From IMG/VR virus record IMGVR_UViG_3300045988_082633: 64,000 nucleotides of DNA; one strand, written 5' to 3'. The DNA comes from a virus. Positions 8,801 through 18,700 of this stretch are shown here, one piece after another. The notes beneath the pieces are model-generated. The model was not told the origin of the DNA and made no database searches. It saw nothing but the letters and a program-made list of their open reading frames with translations. Every line of letters begins with the position of its first letter. Position 1 is the stretch's first letter. A program made the translations under genes and the position numbers.

Positions 8801-11800
8801 GCTCTAGGAGTAAGTTCAAAATGCCAATGTCCTTGTTCATCCTTTTTCTTATAAACCTTTTTACCAGTTATAAAAGTAGAATTAGAATGACTACGAATAT
8901 AATTACGTCTTAGTTGATTTGTACTTATAGCATTATCTTTTATAGTAGCAACAGCTGTAGAAATATCTGATATAATATTTGTTTTATCTGAAAGAAGAAC
9001 ACTATTTTTAATTACTTTATTAACAGCATTCTTTTTCATTTTAAAACCTTCAACTACAAAGCCATATTTAACAACATCCATAGCAGCAAGAGCAACTAAA
9101 GGATTATCATTAAAGAAACATTTTTCAAATTCATTATAAACAGTTTCAATATCTTCATTATTTTCCACATATTGAATAGTCTGTTTTCCTGCATTTGAAC
9201 CTTTATTAAATAAAGACACATTTATATATTTAAATACGCCACTATCTTCAAATCTTTCTTGAATATAATGTATTTTTTGAGCAGGACTTAAAGTAGAAAA
9301 TTGTTGAATTTCTAACTCACTAACATGATTTATATCTGCTACTGTAAATTCAATAGTATTACCATTTTCGTCTTGTACTTCAAGATTTGGAGTTTTTCCA
9401 TATCCATAAATACGAGCACGCTCTTCATCTACATTTGTTTCAGAATATACAAATTGTCCATTTTTATATGTAACAGCATTACTTATAGCTCTAGCTTGAC
9501 TATAAATGTAATTAAGAATATAATTTTGAAAAGCTTTATATTCTTTTTCATTCATAGTTCTACCATTACTAAATAAATTAGCAAGTTTTTCTACTTCATG
9601 TCTAAATTCATCAGACTGTGTAGCAAACAAACTTCTATTTATTTTAATAGAAGGAGCAGTAGCATATCTTAAAAAAGCATTAAGAGGGCGATATGCTGAA
9701 TCTTCAATAGAAGTATGTTGCATATAATAATCTAATCCTCTATCAACATTAGGATATATAGCAGAAATGAAATTTTTATTACCTACAACAAGAGATGGAT
9801 ACTCATCATGTACAAGATCTTGAATGTCATCAAACACTTTAGCTGTAGCATATATTGTTTGCTTAGCACCAAACTTATCAGGATTACAAACTCTAGCATA
9901 AGCAGATACATCATTTGCAAGATAATTAAGCTTATTATATTGAAGAATAACACCTAAATCATAAAGTAATTGTTTCTCTTTTCCTACGGGGGAGCTAGTA
10001 TCAAACTCACCACTTTGATTTATTCTATCTCTAAGTTTAGAAGCAGAAATATTAAGTTTGTTAATATTTTCTATTTTAGTATCAAGAACATATTTATTGG
10101 GTTCAATACAATCAAACAGTTCTGCTATATCAGAAGAATAATCTTTAAGTTTTTCTAGAATTTTATTAACACTAATTTGTTCAGGAAGGGAAATTCCTTT
10201 AATTTTACATATCTCTTTACATATTTCTTTAATAGCTTCATTTATAACATTTCCAGATTCTTCTCCGTAAATAGACTTGTTAGCATTATATATATTTACA
10301 ATTCTAGTAACACCAGGTTGCATCATAAATGCAATAGCGGTTTTATAATCAGAACCAATATCAGGGAAAAGTTTATATACTTGGAAAGTAAAATCGTTAA
10401 CATTAGGTATAGAACCTTCTTTTACAGCATCAAGAATATGAGCTGTAGTTTGAGAAGAATATGCTGTTAGAATTTTACCAACAACATTTTTATTATCTTC
10501 ACTCCAGCCTAATGTATTATGAGTTACAATCCAACCACTTTCATCTTTAAGAGGTTTAACATTTTTAAAATGTTTTTTAAGTTCACTTTCTTTATAACCG
10601 TCTTCTTTTTTATAAACAATAGAAACAGTTTTATTGGAAGAAATAGTAGGTTGAACTGTGTTACATATAGAACAGAAAGTATCACGAGTAACACTAAATG
10701 CTTTAAGTTTAGCACCACTCATAACATCTTCTTGATATGCTGCTTGGTCAAAGAAATCATAAGGAGAACGAGCTTTTCTAAGTTTAGCAAGTTCTGGATT
10801 TATAACTTTATCTCTATCATGTATAATATCATCAAAGTTAGAACGAGAAAGATTTTCCTCAAGAGAACTAGGATCTGAAAGAATCTCAATCATAGTTTGA
10901 AGAATCTCGTTATTACGACCTTTAGTCTTTCTTTCAGAACGTTTGTCTTCTTCATTGTAAGAAATCTTTTCAAGCTTTCCAGTTTCTTTATTTATTTCTC
11001 CACTAAAATGAATACCATAAACAGAGTCAATATCAAAGTCAGAACCTGTTTGAGAAACCCAATCATCAGGAACAACAATAGTAGAACCGAGAGCATCATC
11101 TGTGAATTTAACAACTTTCATAACACAAATAGATTGTTTACCTTCAGTAGGAATACGGTATCCAATCATTGTATCAAGTCCTGAGTCTTGTAGTTCTTTT
11201 AAAAGCTCTTCATCTGTCTTAAGAGTACCATCTTCTTTAGTATATTTTAATCCTTTAAAATTACTCTTTGGAAGCATTATTTCTACATAAGGCTTACCTT
11301 CTGGATGATATTGTAGCTTATCACTATATTTACGTTTTTCTACTGTATCACTAATTGTAGACCAACCAACATTAGTGATCTGAGCAGCATGCCAACCAGG
11401 AAGTTTTTGACGAGTAATACGATTATTGAACATGCTCTGAGCAATACTTTCGAGCTTTGTAGATACATTACTCATATAAGTTGGCATCATAGGAACACCA
11501 TCTCTATCAAGAGTAACATAGTCCATCATATTGCTATCAAGACCAAGACGAGCTACTTCATCTTTAAGCATATCATAAAGAATAGCTTGGTCAAAAGCAC
11601 TTATTTCTCCATTCTCATCCTTTTTTATATGAAGTTCTTTCATTAGATTCTCATAACTATCAACGATATTTTGAGAATAAAGCTTAAAGAACTTTTCTTT
11701 AAGATCATACAGGTCTTTATTAGATTTATCAATATTATCTACAATTTTTTTCATTATCTGAATACCTGCTTTATTTTCAGCTGCAAGGTGCTGAGGAGTT

Positions 11801-14800
11801 TCTTGCTGAGTATAAAGATAATTATAATTGTAATATTCTGTAGCATGAACTGCGTTAGCTCTAAAGTCTGCTATATTTTTATCTGTTATATTTCCTTCAT
11901 TATCCCATATTGTAAGAACATTACATTTACCTGCTTTAGAAGTTTCTTCTGTATTTAGCTGGTCAATATTAAATTCTTTCATTAAATTATACACTTGTTC
12001 AAGTTGTGTACCACGAACAAGACGAGGAACAATTACAAATTCAGCATTTTTAATTTGACGAGGAACAATTACACCAAGTTCTGCATTATAATATTGGTCA
12101 TAATAAAAGTTTTTCTGAACTTGAATAAATTCACCTATTGTTTTAGCATCAAGAGGCTTACTTTCATCAAGAACAGCATCAATTAATTTTTTGTATTGTG
12201 GAAGTTGTCCACGAGCAGTAATACGTCGAACCCATTCTTCAAAAGTAATATAAGATTGTGCATCATTTACAGTAGTATTTGCATAACCAGCCATCATGTT
12301 AGCTGCATGAATTTTTGCATTTGACTCACTCATACCAGACTCAACAAGAGCATCTATTAAAGTCTCAGCAAGAACACCTGGCTTTTTAAACTGATAATTA
12401 CCATTTTCATCTTTAATAAGATTACCATCTTTATCTGTAACAAAAGTTCCAATAGTATCACCAGTTCTAATAGTATTTTTAATTGTTACTCCTCTAAATT
12501 TACTATATTGATTTATTTTAACTTGTGAAGTAACACCATCTACTGAAACATGATTGAATGTCGTATTATTCAAAGGACTATCTACTATAGTAGGTTCTTG
12601 AGATAAGTCCATAGCATAATCTACAATACCATAAGGAACACCCGAACCTTGTGCTTCTTTAGCTCGCTTCAGAAATGTTTGTGTATCTTTATAGAACTTA
12701 GTATCACCTTCAAATAAATCATTAAAGTTAATATACATAAGTCTATGATTAAGTGCAAATTCAGCAGCAGTAAGCTTAGTAAGCATTCCTTCAGGAATAA
12801 AATTTTTATAAACTTCAAGCTGTTGAACAGCTCTACCAGAATATGCTACAATAAATTTAGAAATTTGTTCATTTATAATAGCATTTTGTTCATCTGTAAG
12901 TTCTACTTGTACGCCATTGTTTGTAGTAGTTGTATGAAGATATGTATTATTAGCTCCCCCGTAGAGAAGGTTGAAGCTCTTTAGCATATCATCAGCAAAA
13001 TTAACAACTTCATATTTACCATTCTTATTAAGAATAGTTGTTTTAAATCTATCACTAGTAAATACATCTCCTACTAAAGCATATTCTCCTGTAGAAAGCT
13101 TCTTAATAATTTTACCTTTCTTTGTATGATAATTATTATAAAGCTTACGAGCAGTTTCAGAATCATTTGCATATCCTGGTTTAAATATAGGCATTCCATA
13201 AGTAGGTGAATTTACATCTGTATCAAGACGAACTTTTCCACCTTCATTTTCAAATAAAACATTTATAGCTGTAGCCATATCTTGAAGCTCTTGTATAAAT
13301 GTGTGTCTAAATTGTTGAAAAATAGGATGATTAATGTTACATCCGTCTTTTGTAAACAAACCAGTAACTGAATATTTAGGAGCTTTAATTATAAAATTCT
13401 TTGGAGCATCAGAAGGAATACGCATAAAATATTCAGCAAATATTATCTTATCTGCTTCATCTTGTTGACTATAATCATCTTCTGTTTTAAAGAAGTTTAT
13501 AAATGCGGTTGTAGTATAATCTCCTCTACTCATTTCTGAATAAAGAACATTTTTACCATTTACAACAGTTCCTGCTCCACTAAACAATGTATTTTGCAGC
13601 AATCTGTGAGCATAAGGAGTAGGAGTAAGTTCTTTGCTTTCAGGATCTTGAGTAAATAGACCATAATTAATAAGCTTTCCAGTATCATCACGATGTTCAA
13701 TCATAATATTACTGAAATCATATTGTCTAGACTGTCCTTTATATTTACCAAAATTTTCTAAAGCAGTTTGATTTTTGAGAGTATTTATAATATTAGTAAT
13801 CATACTGTTATTAAGAACATCAGATGATTGATTACCATGAACATTTCTAGAATTAAGTTCTGTTTTAACTAGACTAAATTTAACAAGAGCATCAGCAAGT
13901 TGGTACGCTGCTTGTTGTGTTTCTTTACTAACATAATCAATAGCATATAATTGAGAAAGATTTTTCTCTATCTCATCAAATACTTCTCTTTTAACAGGTT
14001 CTCCATTTTCTAACGCTTCATTTAAATGAAACTTTTTACTATAAAGAGCACTTAAATCCGCTTGACGGCTATCATAAACTCTTTTACTATTTTCAGAACC
14101 CTTTATTGTAAGTTTAGCTATATTTGTTAAATTAGATAAAGCATCAATCTGATTTTCAGAATTTATATAATTTATAATAGCTTTATCTGAAATAGTAGGA
14201 TAATATCTTTTAAGAACATCATATATTTCAGTTGCTATAGCTTTTACATCAGAATTAAAAGAATCTATATCTTCTTGTTCTATTCCGGTTCCTTCGTCAA
14301 TTTCACTCTTAAACTTACGTAACTCTGATAATTTTGTATCTATACTAGTAATCATATCAGAACTATATTCAGCTTCCGAACGAATACTTGTCGCTTTAGC
14401 ACTATTAAAGAACTCAAACTTCAAAGTAGTAAGTTTATCAGCAGTTCTATTAGTAGTCCTACTACTAAACTCACCACTAGCATCTGTAGTTTCCATTTTA
14501 CTTACTACAATTTTACTAAATGTACGATATACTTCAAAAGCAAAATTAAGATTTTGTTCAAGGTAATCTGCAAATTGACTAAAAGATGCCATTCCAGGAA
14601 CATTATTAGCAATTTCTCTAATACTTTCTATCATAGTAGCTCGATTAGTGAAATTACCATAAGAATATAAAACTGTAATACATTGAGCAGCAGACATTGT
14701 ATCTGCTATACCAAAAGCATTATTTGTATCTTGAACATATTTACCATCAGCTTTTTCTCCATTAAGAAGTTTAGGTAAACTTGAAAAATATCCTCTAATA

Positions 14801-15669
14801 CTCATTCCAACATGAGTCATGAAGTTATTATAATCTCCAAGTTTTTCATTTAATTCTTTAATAGAATTATTTTTGTCATCAGAACTTGATTCATTATTTT
14901 CTTCTGTTTCGGAATCATCATCAAGTTGTTCATCTATTGCTTCATAAGCAATATCTTCACTTATTGGTGTCTTTTTAAGTCTAAGTTCTCCAAGAATATT
15001 ATTACGAAATACTTCTTCAAAGAAACCTCTTCTATTTCCAAGCATTTCTTTATATAAAGCCATAAGATTTCTATTTTCAAGTGTATCATCTTTTGAAAAT
15101 AGTTCTTCAATCTTGGCTGTATTGTTCTCTTTCATAAGTTTAAGAACTTCTTCTTTTGTAGCTAAGTTTTTACTTACAAGTCTATCAAGTATAAAATCTT
15201 TAACTTTAGCTATACAAGTATTTGCAAAATAATCTCTAGGAGTCATATCTACCCCTATTGCATCTTTAATCTCTTCAAGAACTTGGCTAATTGTTTTATC
15301 TTGCTCGTGAAGAAGTTTATGATAAGCATTAAGCATAAAATTAGCAGCATGCTTTTTTCCTTGTGTACGAGTATCAACACTATCATATCCGAATCTAGTA
15401 ACTGGAGAGTCACTAGTATTTAATTGTGTACTATAATTTACATCAGGATATAAACTATTATGGTATTCTCGAAGAAGTTTAATAACTTCTTCGAGATCTT
15501 TTCTAGGAATTTTATTTACATCAATTTCCATTCTATCCTTAAGTTTTTTAGCAAACTTAGGACTATGAAATTCTGTCATATAACGAGTAGCAAGAATATT
15601 ATTTCCTTTACTAACTGCTACAATAGCATTATTGATTTCATTGTTATCTACATAAATATTACAACTCAT
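2875..15669 (-). CDS. giant virion-packaged RNA polymerase-type protein (crAss-like vRNAP, phi14:2 gp66 family), 4264 aa
   Basis: One uninterrupted 12.8-kb ORF. The sequence ...RIPTEGKQSICVMKVV...VSQTGSDFDIDSVYG... contains a DxDxD loop (DFDID encoded at 11026-11040). This is the type of loop that binds catalytic metal in the double-psi beta-barrel RNAPs of crAss-like phages and QDE-1-like polymerases. Its position next to other giant cargo genes matches crAss-like synteny. It carries motif copies 4 and 5. Confidence 0.75.
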   Translation of the reverse strand: MSCNIYVDNNEINNAIVAVSKGNNILATRYMTEFHSPKFAKKLKDRMEIDVNKIPRKDLEEVIKLLREYHNSLYPDVNYSTQLNTSDSPVTRFGYDSVDTRTQGKKHAANFMLNAYHKLLHEQDKTISQVLEEIKDAIGVDMTPRDYFANTCIAKVKDFILDRLVSKNLATKEEVLKLMKENNTAKIEELFSKDDTLENRNLMALYKEMLGNRRGFFEEVFRNNILGELRLKKTPISEDIAYEAIDEQLDDDSETEENNESSSDDKNNSIKELNEKLGDYNNFMTHVGMSIRGYFSSLPKLLNGEKADGKYVQDTNNAFGIADTMSAAQCITVLYSYGNFTNRATMIESIREIANNVPGMASFSQFADYLEQNLNFAFEVYRTFSKIVVSKMETTDASGEFSSRTTNRTADKLTTLKFEFFNSAKATSIRSEAEYSSDMITSIDTKLSELRKFKSEIDEGTGIEQEDIDSFNSDVKAIATEIYDVLKRYYPTISDKAIINYINSENQIDALSNLTNIAKLTIKGSENSKRVYDSRQADLSALYSKKFHLNEALENGEPVKREVFDEIEKNLSQLYAIDYVSKETQQAAYQLADALVKFSLVKTELNSRNVHGNQSSDVLNNSMITNIINTLKNQTALENFGKYKGQSRQYDFSNIMIEHRDDTGKLINYGLFTQDPESKELTPTPYAHRLLQNTLFSGAGTVVNGKNVLYSEMSRGDYTTTAFINFFKTEDDYSQQDEADKIIFAEYFMRIPSDAPKNFIIKAPKYSVTGLFTKDGCNINHPIFQQFRHTFIQELQDMATAINVLFENEGGKVRLDTDVNSPTYGMPIFKPGYANDSETARKLYNNYHTKKGKIIKKLSTGEYALVGDVFTSDRFKTTILNKNGKYEVVNFADDMLKSFNLLYGGANNTYLHTTTTNNGVQVELTDEQNAIINEQISKFIVAYSGRAVQQLEVYKNFIPEGMLTKLTAAEFALNHRLMYINFNDLFEGDTKFYKDTQTFLKRAKEAQGSGVPYGIVDYAMDLSQEPTIVDSPLNNTTFNHVSVDGVTSQVKINQYSKFRGVTIKNTIRTGDTIGTFVTDKDGNLIKDENGNYQFKKPGVLAETLIDALVESGMSESNAKIHAANMMAGYANTTVNDAQSYITFEEWVRRITARGQLPQYKKLIDAVLDESKPLDAKTIGEFIQVQKNFYYDQYYNAELGVIVPRQIKNAEFVIVPRLVRGTQLEQVYNLMKEFNIDQLNTEETSKAGKCNVLTIWDNEGNITDKNIADFRANAVHATEYYNYNYLYTQQETPQHLAAENKAGIQIMKKIVDNIDKSNKDLYDLKEKFFKLYSQNIVDSYENLMKELHIKKDENGEISAFDQAILYDMLKDEVARLGLDSNMMDYVTLDRDGVPMMPTYMSNVSTKLESIAQSMFNNRITRQKLPGWHAAQITNVGWSTISDTVEKRKYSDKLQYHPEGKPYVEIMLPKSNFKGLKYTKEDGTLKTDEELLKELQDSGLDTMIGYRIPTEGKQSICVMKVVKFTDDALGSTIVVPDDWVSQTGSDFDIDSVYGIHFSGEINKETGKLEKISYNEEDKRSERKTKGRNNEILQTMIEILSDPSSLEENLSRSNFDDIIHDRDKVINPELAKLRKARSPYDFFDQAAYQEDVMSGAKLKAFSVTRDTFCSICNTVQPTISSNKTVSIVYKKEDGYKESELKKHFKNVKPLKDESGWIVTHNTLGWSEDNKNVVGKILTAYSSQTTAHILDAVKEGSIPNVNDFTFQVYKLFPDIGSDYKTAIAFMMQPGVTRIVNIYNANKSIYGEESGNVINEAIKEICKEICKIKGISLPEQISVNKILEKLKDYSSDIAELFDCIEPNKYVLDTKIENINKLNISASKLRDRINQSGEFDTSSPVGKEKQLLYDLGVILQYNKLNYLANDVSAYARVCNPDKFGAKQTIYATAKVFDDIQDLVHDEYPSLVVGNKNFISAIYPNVDRGLDYYMQHTSIEDSAYRPLNAFLRYATAPSIKINRSLFATQSDEFRHEVEKLANLFSNGRTMNEKEYKAFQNYILNYIYSQARAISNAVTYKNGQFVYSETNVDEERARIYGYGKTPNLEVQDENGNTIEFTVADINHVSELEIQQFSTLSPAQKIHYIQERFEDSGVFKYINVSLFNKGSNAGKQTIQYVENNEDIETVYNEFEKCFFNDNPLVALAAMDVVKYGFVVEGFKMKKNAVNKVIKNSVLLSDKTNIISDISTAVATIKDNAISTNQLRRNYIRSHSNSTFITGKKVYKKKDEQGHWHFELTPRADYIITISNETLAEKYGVVYDATPNDRSYHPMTANSYVKLSFDNRVTLYRITNVNGTYVLYPVNTLEENENSDLSSNPTNNKYLREEYYLGVINDFRDQLKERDRIIQEQIDDIVNETGNITEAQRNEIYGNNVVDFGQILEAHKPERDKYKPKAIKRATGFAKSFNINDKNTVNTGGFEDVIAKVTARFSENPFSTLYLRSAALANYITTPGINGGSIQTINGRKYVIQKVNLSRLNKKYIGEENKDKAVKESNKDIQDIMQKAKDAGYTVHDVFMITPYEEDVDVMHSSVTEVNDTPDSTTLGVQAMSVMFSRRKSEGDIEAAKALKFLQDKQITGSAPSVRANVKDVIQTTAEYIEGTVNTLSTDMKYFITDDNKQTFAINTPEAIAAIKSKPVVRQRFLKTILDARALVKNFAIIDNLNIDSEDESIRSFLKRIKKKIGELQNSTIIADTEKLFANEYLAKLSKDPLIQQNILGVLDGYRSAAVFDAWVGDLQESSSPLIQIVSKEVMSDIRFKENLAIKQLKEFRKKIADIKKRAKEAGVDIDWKKIIDENGKFIQNYNQAFLDKLAELRENISLAKSEHGVGSIEHLKAKLAYDKWKLANVNQPVIDEYYQRKIDIEEYMIDKYPLVYSEYKKLSDRRRELLSHITNGVLADNYKQELDEVKHQIDNLTNNYIYDQNSGTFIEKYQKDDPNNPFKDKDRIIYSLDSSYALQKYLKDMNSLNSEFFDDSVKFGFQEELDRNLDIINNYEMRDDNGNITTPIAELMKHDDYVKAKEWLAHNARYTATEGVMDLVNSAFKVFREGKQGRKLLSIIAKKQDAYDERGVIDGRKLTEKNIEQLYEEQLINYGIREGQVFTDRTLISNSPTDDTIFTADFYKGMTISGARNDEYIAKVNEINKILKAHYTTHDGTLHTAELSEDEIKTLKKLYEELENIKKYEKGSTTNAKSVHEFIKDNVDFVYDDAKFQQQEDLAKQRGERYYRMWLSLNTQIVEDENGNDIVVPNRYIYGYAVPKGYKADGTGDNTFVDKKKTDALHIIRNYTRSRNTMYYYEAYKEAQAKGKEEFRKWYAANHIYNPYTHAVEPLQCWTTLEFGEVGDDGKWNTNMEYEPAWNQTERTIKTGLDVNGNPIINDDDDLLSVNRDCRNHDYKEFSSTAANYKGNNASYNSTVNRNKFEDEIKEYFETILKENCHTMQSQQFLRNGYMPLRKKNEQLDAKHTAKEVAKLVGWINSSTGKEDWYTDSEIDYATDTTIDMPMTTLLKSKDSVKIDRKRPVREENETDKSYQKRVNDWEKDKADAEAKNMEIHRNMLDDNWESVMEEFIQKAAHFNAIQDNKYMLFYAKNMLDKLNVYVKNEGFNDLQKTGKRTIDGQDTYVTKKDTRLQEQYVNWIRRLVYDQWKRPNNGLTRAANILQSLTSAKFMMLNVTGGIANVTAGSTQILGEVFAREYFGNKTWHMGLNTWRAGIPSFMADMYSDKASSLPSAIVKFMNVVDFAEINGVVTVPDMATYLERARDLAFSPQAMGEHMMQNSTLFAMMYSHRLVKRVDEATGEVKYDAVNEAEYMRDANEKALQNVMTAEQRKLYEAFKKKELSNANDVKEYAWFRKDLTTEFVNIYFNNEDKRKFVNKRKEYQAKAKEEFNNDETHPTVMSQLKLDNDGTLDFVDGSIFAEIDDEAYRILGAFKGRVISVNKKIHGVYDKLGAAKWESYWWGGLVMQYHKHIYPGIMKRYRRQGYFNEERGTIEKGCYASIKDFLALPLHKRSFTKKLQEDNNMTDANLQAVKGVQNIVKNYVEFALHAKTYYNMMNEYDRANIRRAFCDFCGVASALCLAIALHAAGDDDKEHNIIYNLMMYEADRLASESFMYNPVGVYAEGKKLWSSPIAAQTSISDLLSTMGLISQYMIQGDEFDPYYSTGLYKGDNKFWVQIRRNIPIYHSINMVERLERSNKYYKLGDNMLSIVPVKDIADFISK
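9976..9998 (+). repeat. GC-rich dispersed motif, copy 4 (GGGGGAGCTA family)
   Basis: Plus strand ctcttttcCTACGGGGGAGCTAg. It lies inside the 4264-aa ORF and is read on the minus strand as S-S-P-V-G-K. Confidence 0.9.
12951..12973 (-). repeat. GC-rich dispersed motif, copy 5 (GGGGGAGCTA family)
   Basis: Plus strand TAGCTCCCCCGTAGagaaggttg. It lies inside the 4264-aa ORF and is read N-L-L-Y-G-G-A-N-N. Confidence 0.9.
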
Positions 15670-15675
15670 AATATA

Positions 15676-15727
15676 AAAATTTATTTAATTTATTTTTATT
15701 TGATTTAAGCCACTTTATTTTCTGACT
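15676..15727 (-). repeat. AT-rich intergenic element D (AGTCAGAAAATAAAGTGGCTTAAATCAAATAAAAATAAAT)
   Basis: The GGCTTAAATC core is the complement of 15702-15711. The core ends 32 nt upstream of the ATG of the 4264-aa gene, in the 67-nt gap after the polyvalent gene. Confidence 0.7.
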
Positions 15728-15736
15728 GCTATAATC

Positions 15737-18700
15737 CTATTGACAAGACGTTTCAAGCTCAGCAGAAGCCACAAGAGCGTCAAATTTCGGCTGTTGTGCT
15801 AATGGAAGCATATCTGATATTGAAGCAATGGACGGTACATTCGGTATAAGAGTAATACGTTCTTCTGTTACACTACTATGACGAATATCATCATCTTCAT
15901 TAGAGAAAGCTCCTGTATTATCAGTAGCTGATTTAATTTGATTAGGATTAAATGCTACATATTCTTCAATTTTTCTACCAGTTACGATAATATGTTGACC
16001 ATCATTATTTTCATTTACATTACTATCTTTTTTATCGTAGCCATCTAAATTATTACCTATATAATTAGTAACTTTAGGATTTTTTATATTTAAGAAAAAG
16101 GCTCTAGTATTAGGTCTTTCAATTTCCCATGCTTCATTTAATGCTTTAATATCTTCTTCAGACATTTCACCAGAATTTGCTAATTCTGATAAAGTTATCC
16201 ATTTTTCTCCACTTTTGAAATTATAAATTTCTTCATATCTTTTAGCATCTTGTTTAGAAGTTGAAAAATAAGTACCTATATCTCCTTTTTTTATACCAGC
16301 ACCAAACGCACCTCCTTTAGTATTAAATATTTTAGTATTACTACCACCATGATAAACAACTAAAGGCTCACCATTTTCATCAACTACTTTAGAAGCTTTA
16401 TTAGGATTATTTTCCCAATCACCAAACCAATCTTTAAAAGCTTTAGTTCTAACCTGAGCATATTGTCTTTCATCAAGATTAGATACTTTACCATTAGGAG
16501 CAAGAAGTTGACCTTTTGCATTTCTAGGAGCACGACTTAGTATATCTTGCTCTTCTTTAGTGTAAGTACTTTCTGTTTGAGAAATAGGTTGCTCTGTTAC
16601 ACTACTAAATATACCCATAAGCCTATCACTAATATCTACAAAATCATCATTACCTTCTTTAGTTTCTTCGGCTTCTTCATCTTCTTCATCCTGTACTTCT
16701 ATTTTTTCTTCATTTGTTTTATTATTTTCTTCATCTGTTTTAGTGTTTTCTTGAAGATTAACATCATTGTTATCTTCTTGTTCAACATTTGTTTCATTAT
16801 TATCTGTTTGTGTTTCTGTATTTTGTTCTACAGTTTCACTACTAAGTTTTAACTCTCTAATAGTATTTAATTCTTTTTCGTAAAGACTTCCTTTAGTTAC
16901 ATTCCAACCAAAAATATCACTAAGAGTTTGAAGTATTTTTTGCCATAAATTCTTAGCACCACGTTTAGTAGGAACAGAAGTTTCAATACTATTAAGATAT
17001 TTAGCAAGTTCTTCACTAGTCAAAGACTCAACAAGAAACTCTTCTAAAGCTCTAAGTTGAGTACTTTCATTTTCAAATAGATAAGCTCTAATATGAGCAT
17101 CTTTTGGAACATTATTTTTATCTAAGTATTCTTTAAATTCATCATATATAGATTGAACACTTCTTACATATCCTTTATTTTTACTTAGCTTATAATGAAG
17201 TTGCTCGTGTATAAGTTTACGAATAGCTTGATTACGAGTAATAGGATTATTAAACATCTCAAGCCAACGTGGACCTACAGTAATTTTCTTTGTATTATTA
17301 TTATATTCTGCATTTATAGTTTCATAGCCTTGTTTATTGTTGAAATTCTCGTCAAAGATAAGATTTTCAGGTAACAATTCCAAGTCTTTTAAAGCTTTTA
17401 ACTGCTTGCCATTAAAAACTAAAGCAGCAATATCATTTCCTACATGATTACTTTGTTGTGTTCCATTAAGAATAGCAATAGCTTTTTCCGGAATAGATAT
17501 ATTATGTACATTAGGAATAACAGGCTCTACAGGTTGTTGTTCAACAATATCCTCTACGGGGGAGGTAATTACATTATTTATTCTAATTTCTAATACTTGA
17601 TTAGCACTTTGTGTTCTACTACCACGAGGATTGAAATTACTTGTGCCTCTTTCATTTGGCTTAGTATTAAGTCTAACTAGATTATTATTTAGAATAAAAG
17701 CATTATAACTATCGTAGCTCCAAGTTTTATCACCTATAGTTATTTCAAACTTTCCTTTTCTACGTTTTGCTATACCATTTAAAATAGTATTTGTAGCATT
17801 ATCAGAAGCAATATATGTAGGATTAAGATTAAACCTAAGATTATTAAGAAGTTCAGTAATAGCTTCATTTGCTTGCTGAGTTCCTAACTTCATTCGTTTT
17901 TGTTTATATCCTTTAATATTTGGCTTATATTCTGATTTAGAAATATCTACATTTTCATCTTTAGCATTTATAACTATTTTAGTTTCGTTATTCAAACTAA
18001 TACCAAAAGTATTACCTTGTTCAAATAATCTTAAATTCCAAAATAAACTACTATTTCCATTATGATTACTAAGAACAGATTTTATAAATTCTTTTACTTC
18101 ATTAAAACTTTCTTGTGTAGGATTTTTAGAATGATTATCTAATAGTTCTAATACTTTATTTTGAATAGCTTCAATAATTTCTTTAGCTTCTTTTCCAATA
18201 TAATCATCAGTAATTTCAGCAGGATAAGCTTGTACATATTCATAACTTCCATTTCTATTAGGAAGAAGAACAAACGTATTCATCTTACCAACACCTGAAA
18301 AATTAATAGATGGCATACCAGATACAGTAAGAGTATTTGGTGTTCTAGAAGAAATAGCTAATTTATGAACACCAGGATTAACACCTCCAGCTATAGCTTT
18401 ATTTGCTGGAAGAGCAACTTCTCGTCCATTAGTTTCAGAAGCTCTAATAATTTCTCCATCACTTATATTAGCTACTTCTATTTCTCCATCATTGTTATTT
18501 ACAAGATAGTTTACACCATCATAACTATTACGAAGTTTAGAAAACCAAGAATTTAATGATCTTTCAATACGTCTATTTTTAGAAGATGTAACATCTCCAT
18601 CAGTATAATTTTTATACTTCCAAAGTTTAACAAGACCATTTATAAGTTTTTCACTTCCTGCTGTAACATCAATAAAACCTTGCGCTTTAGCTGCTTTAAT

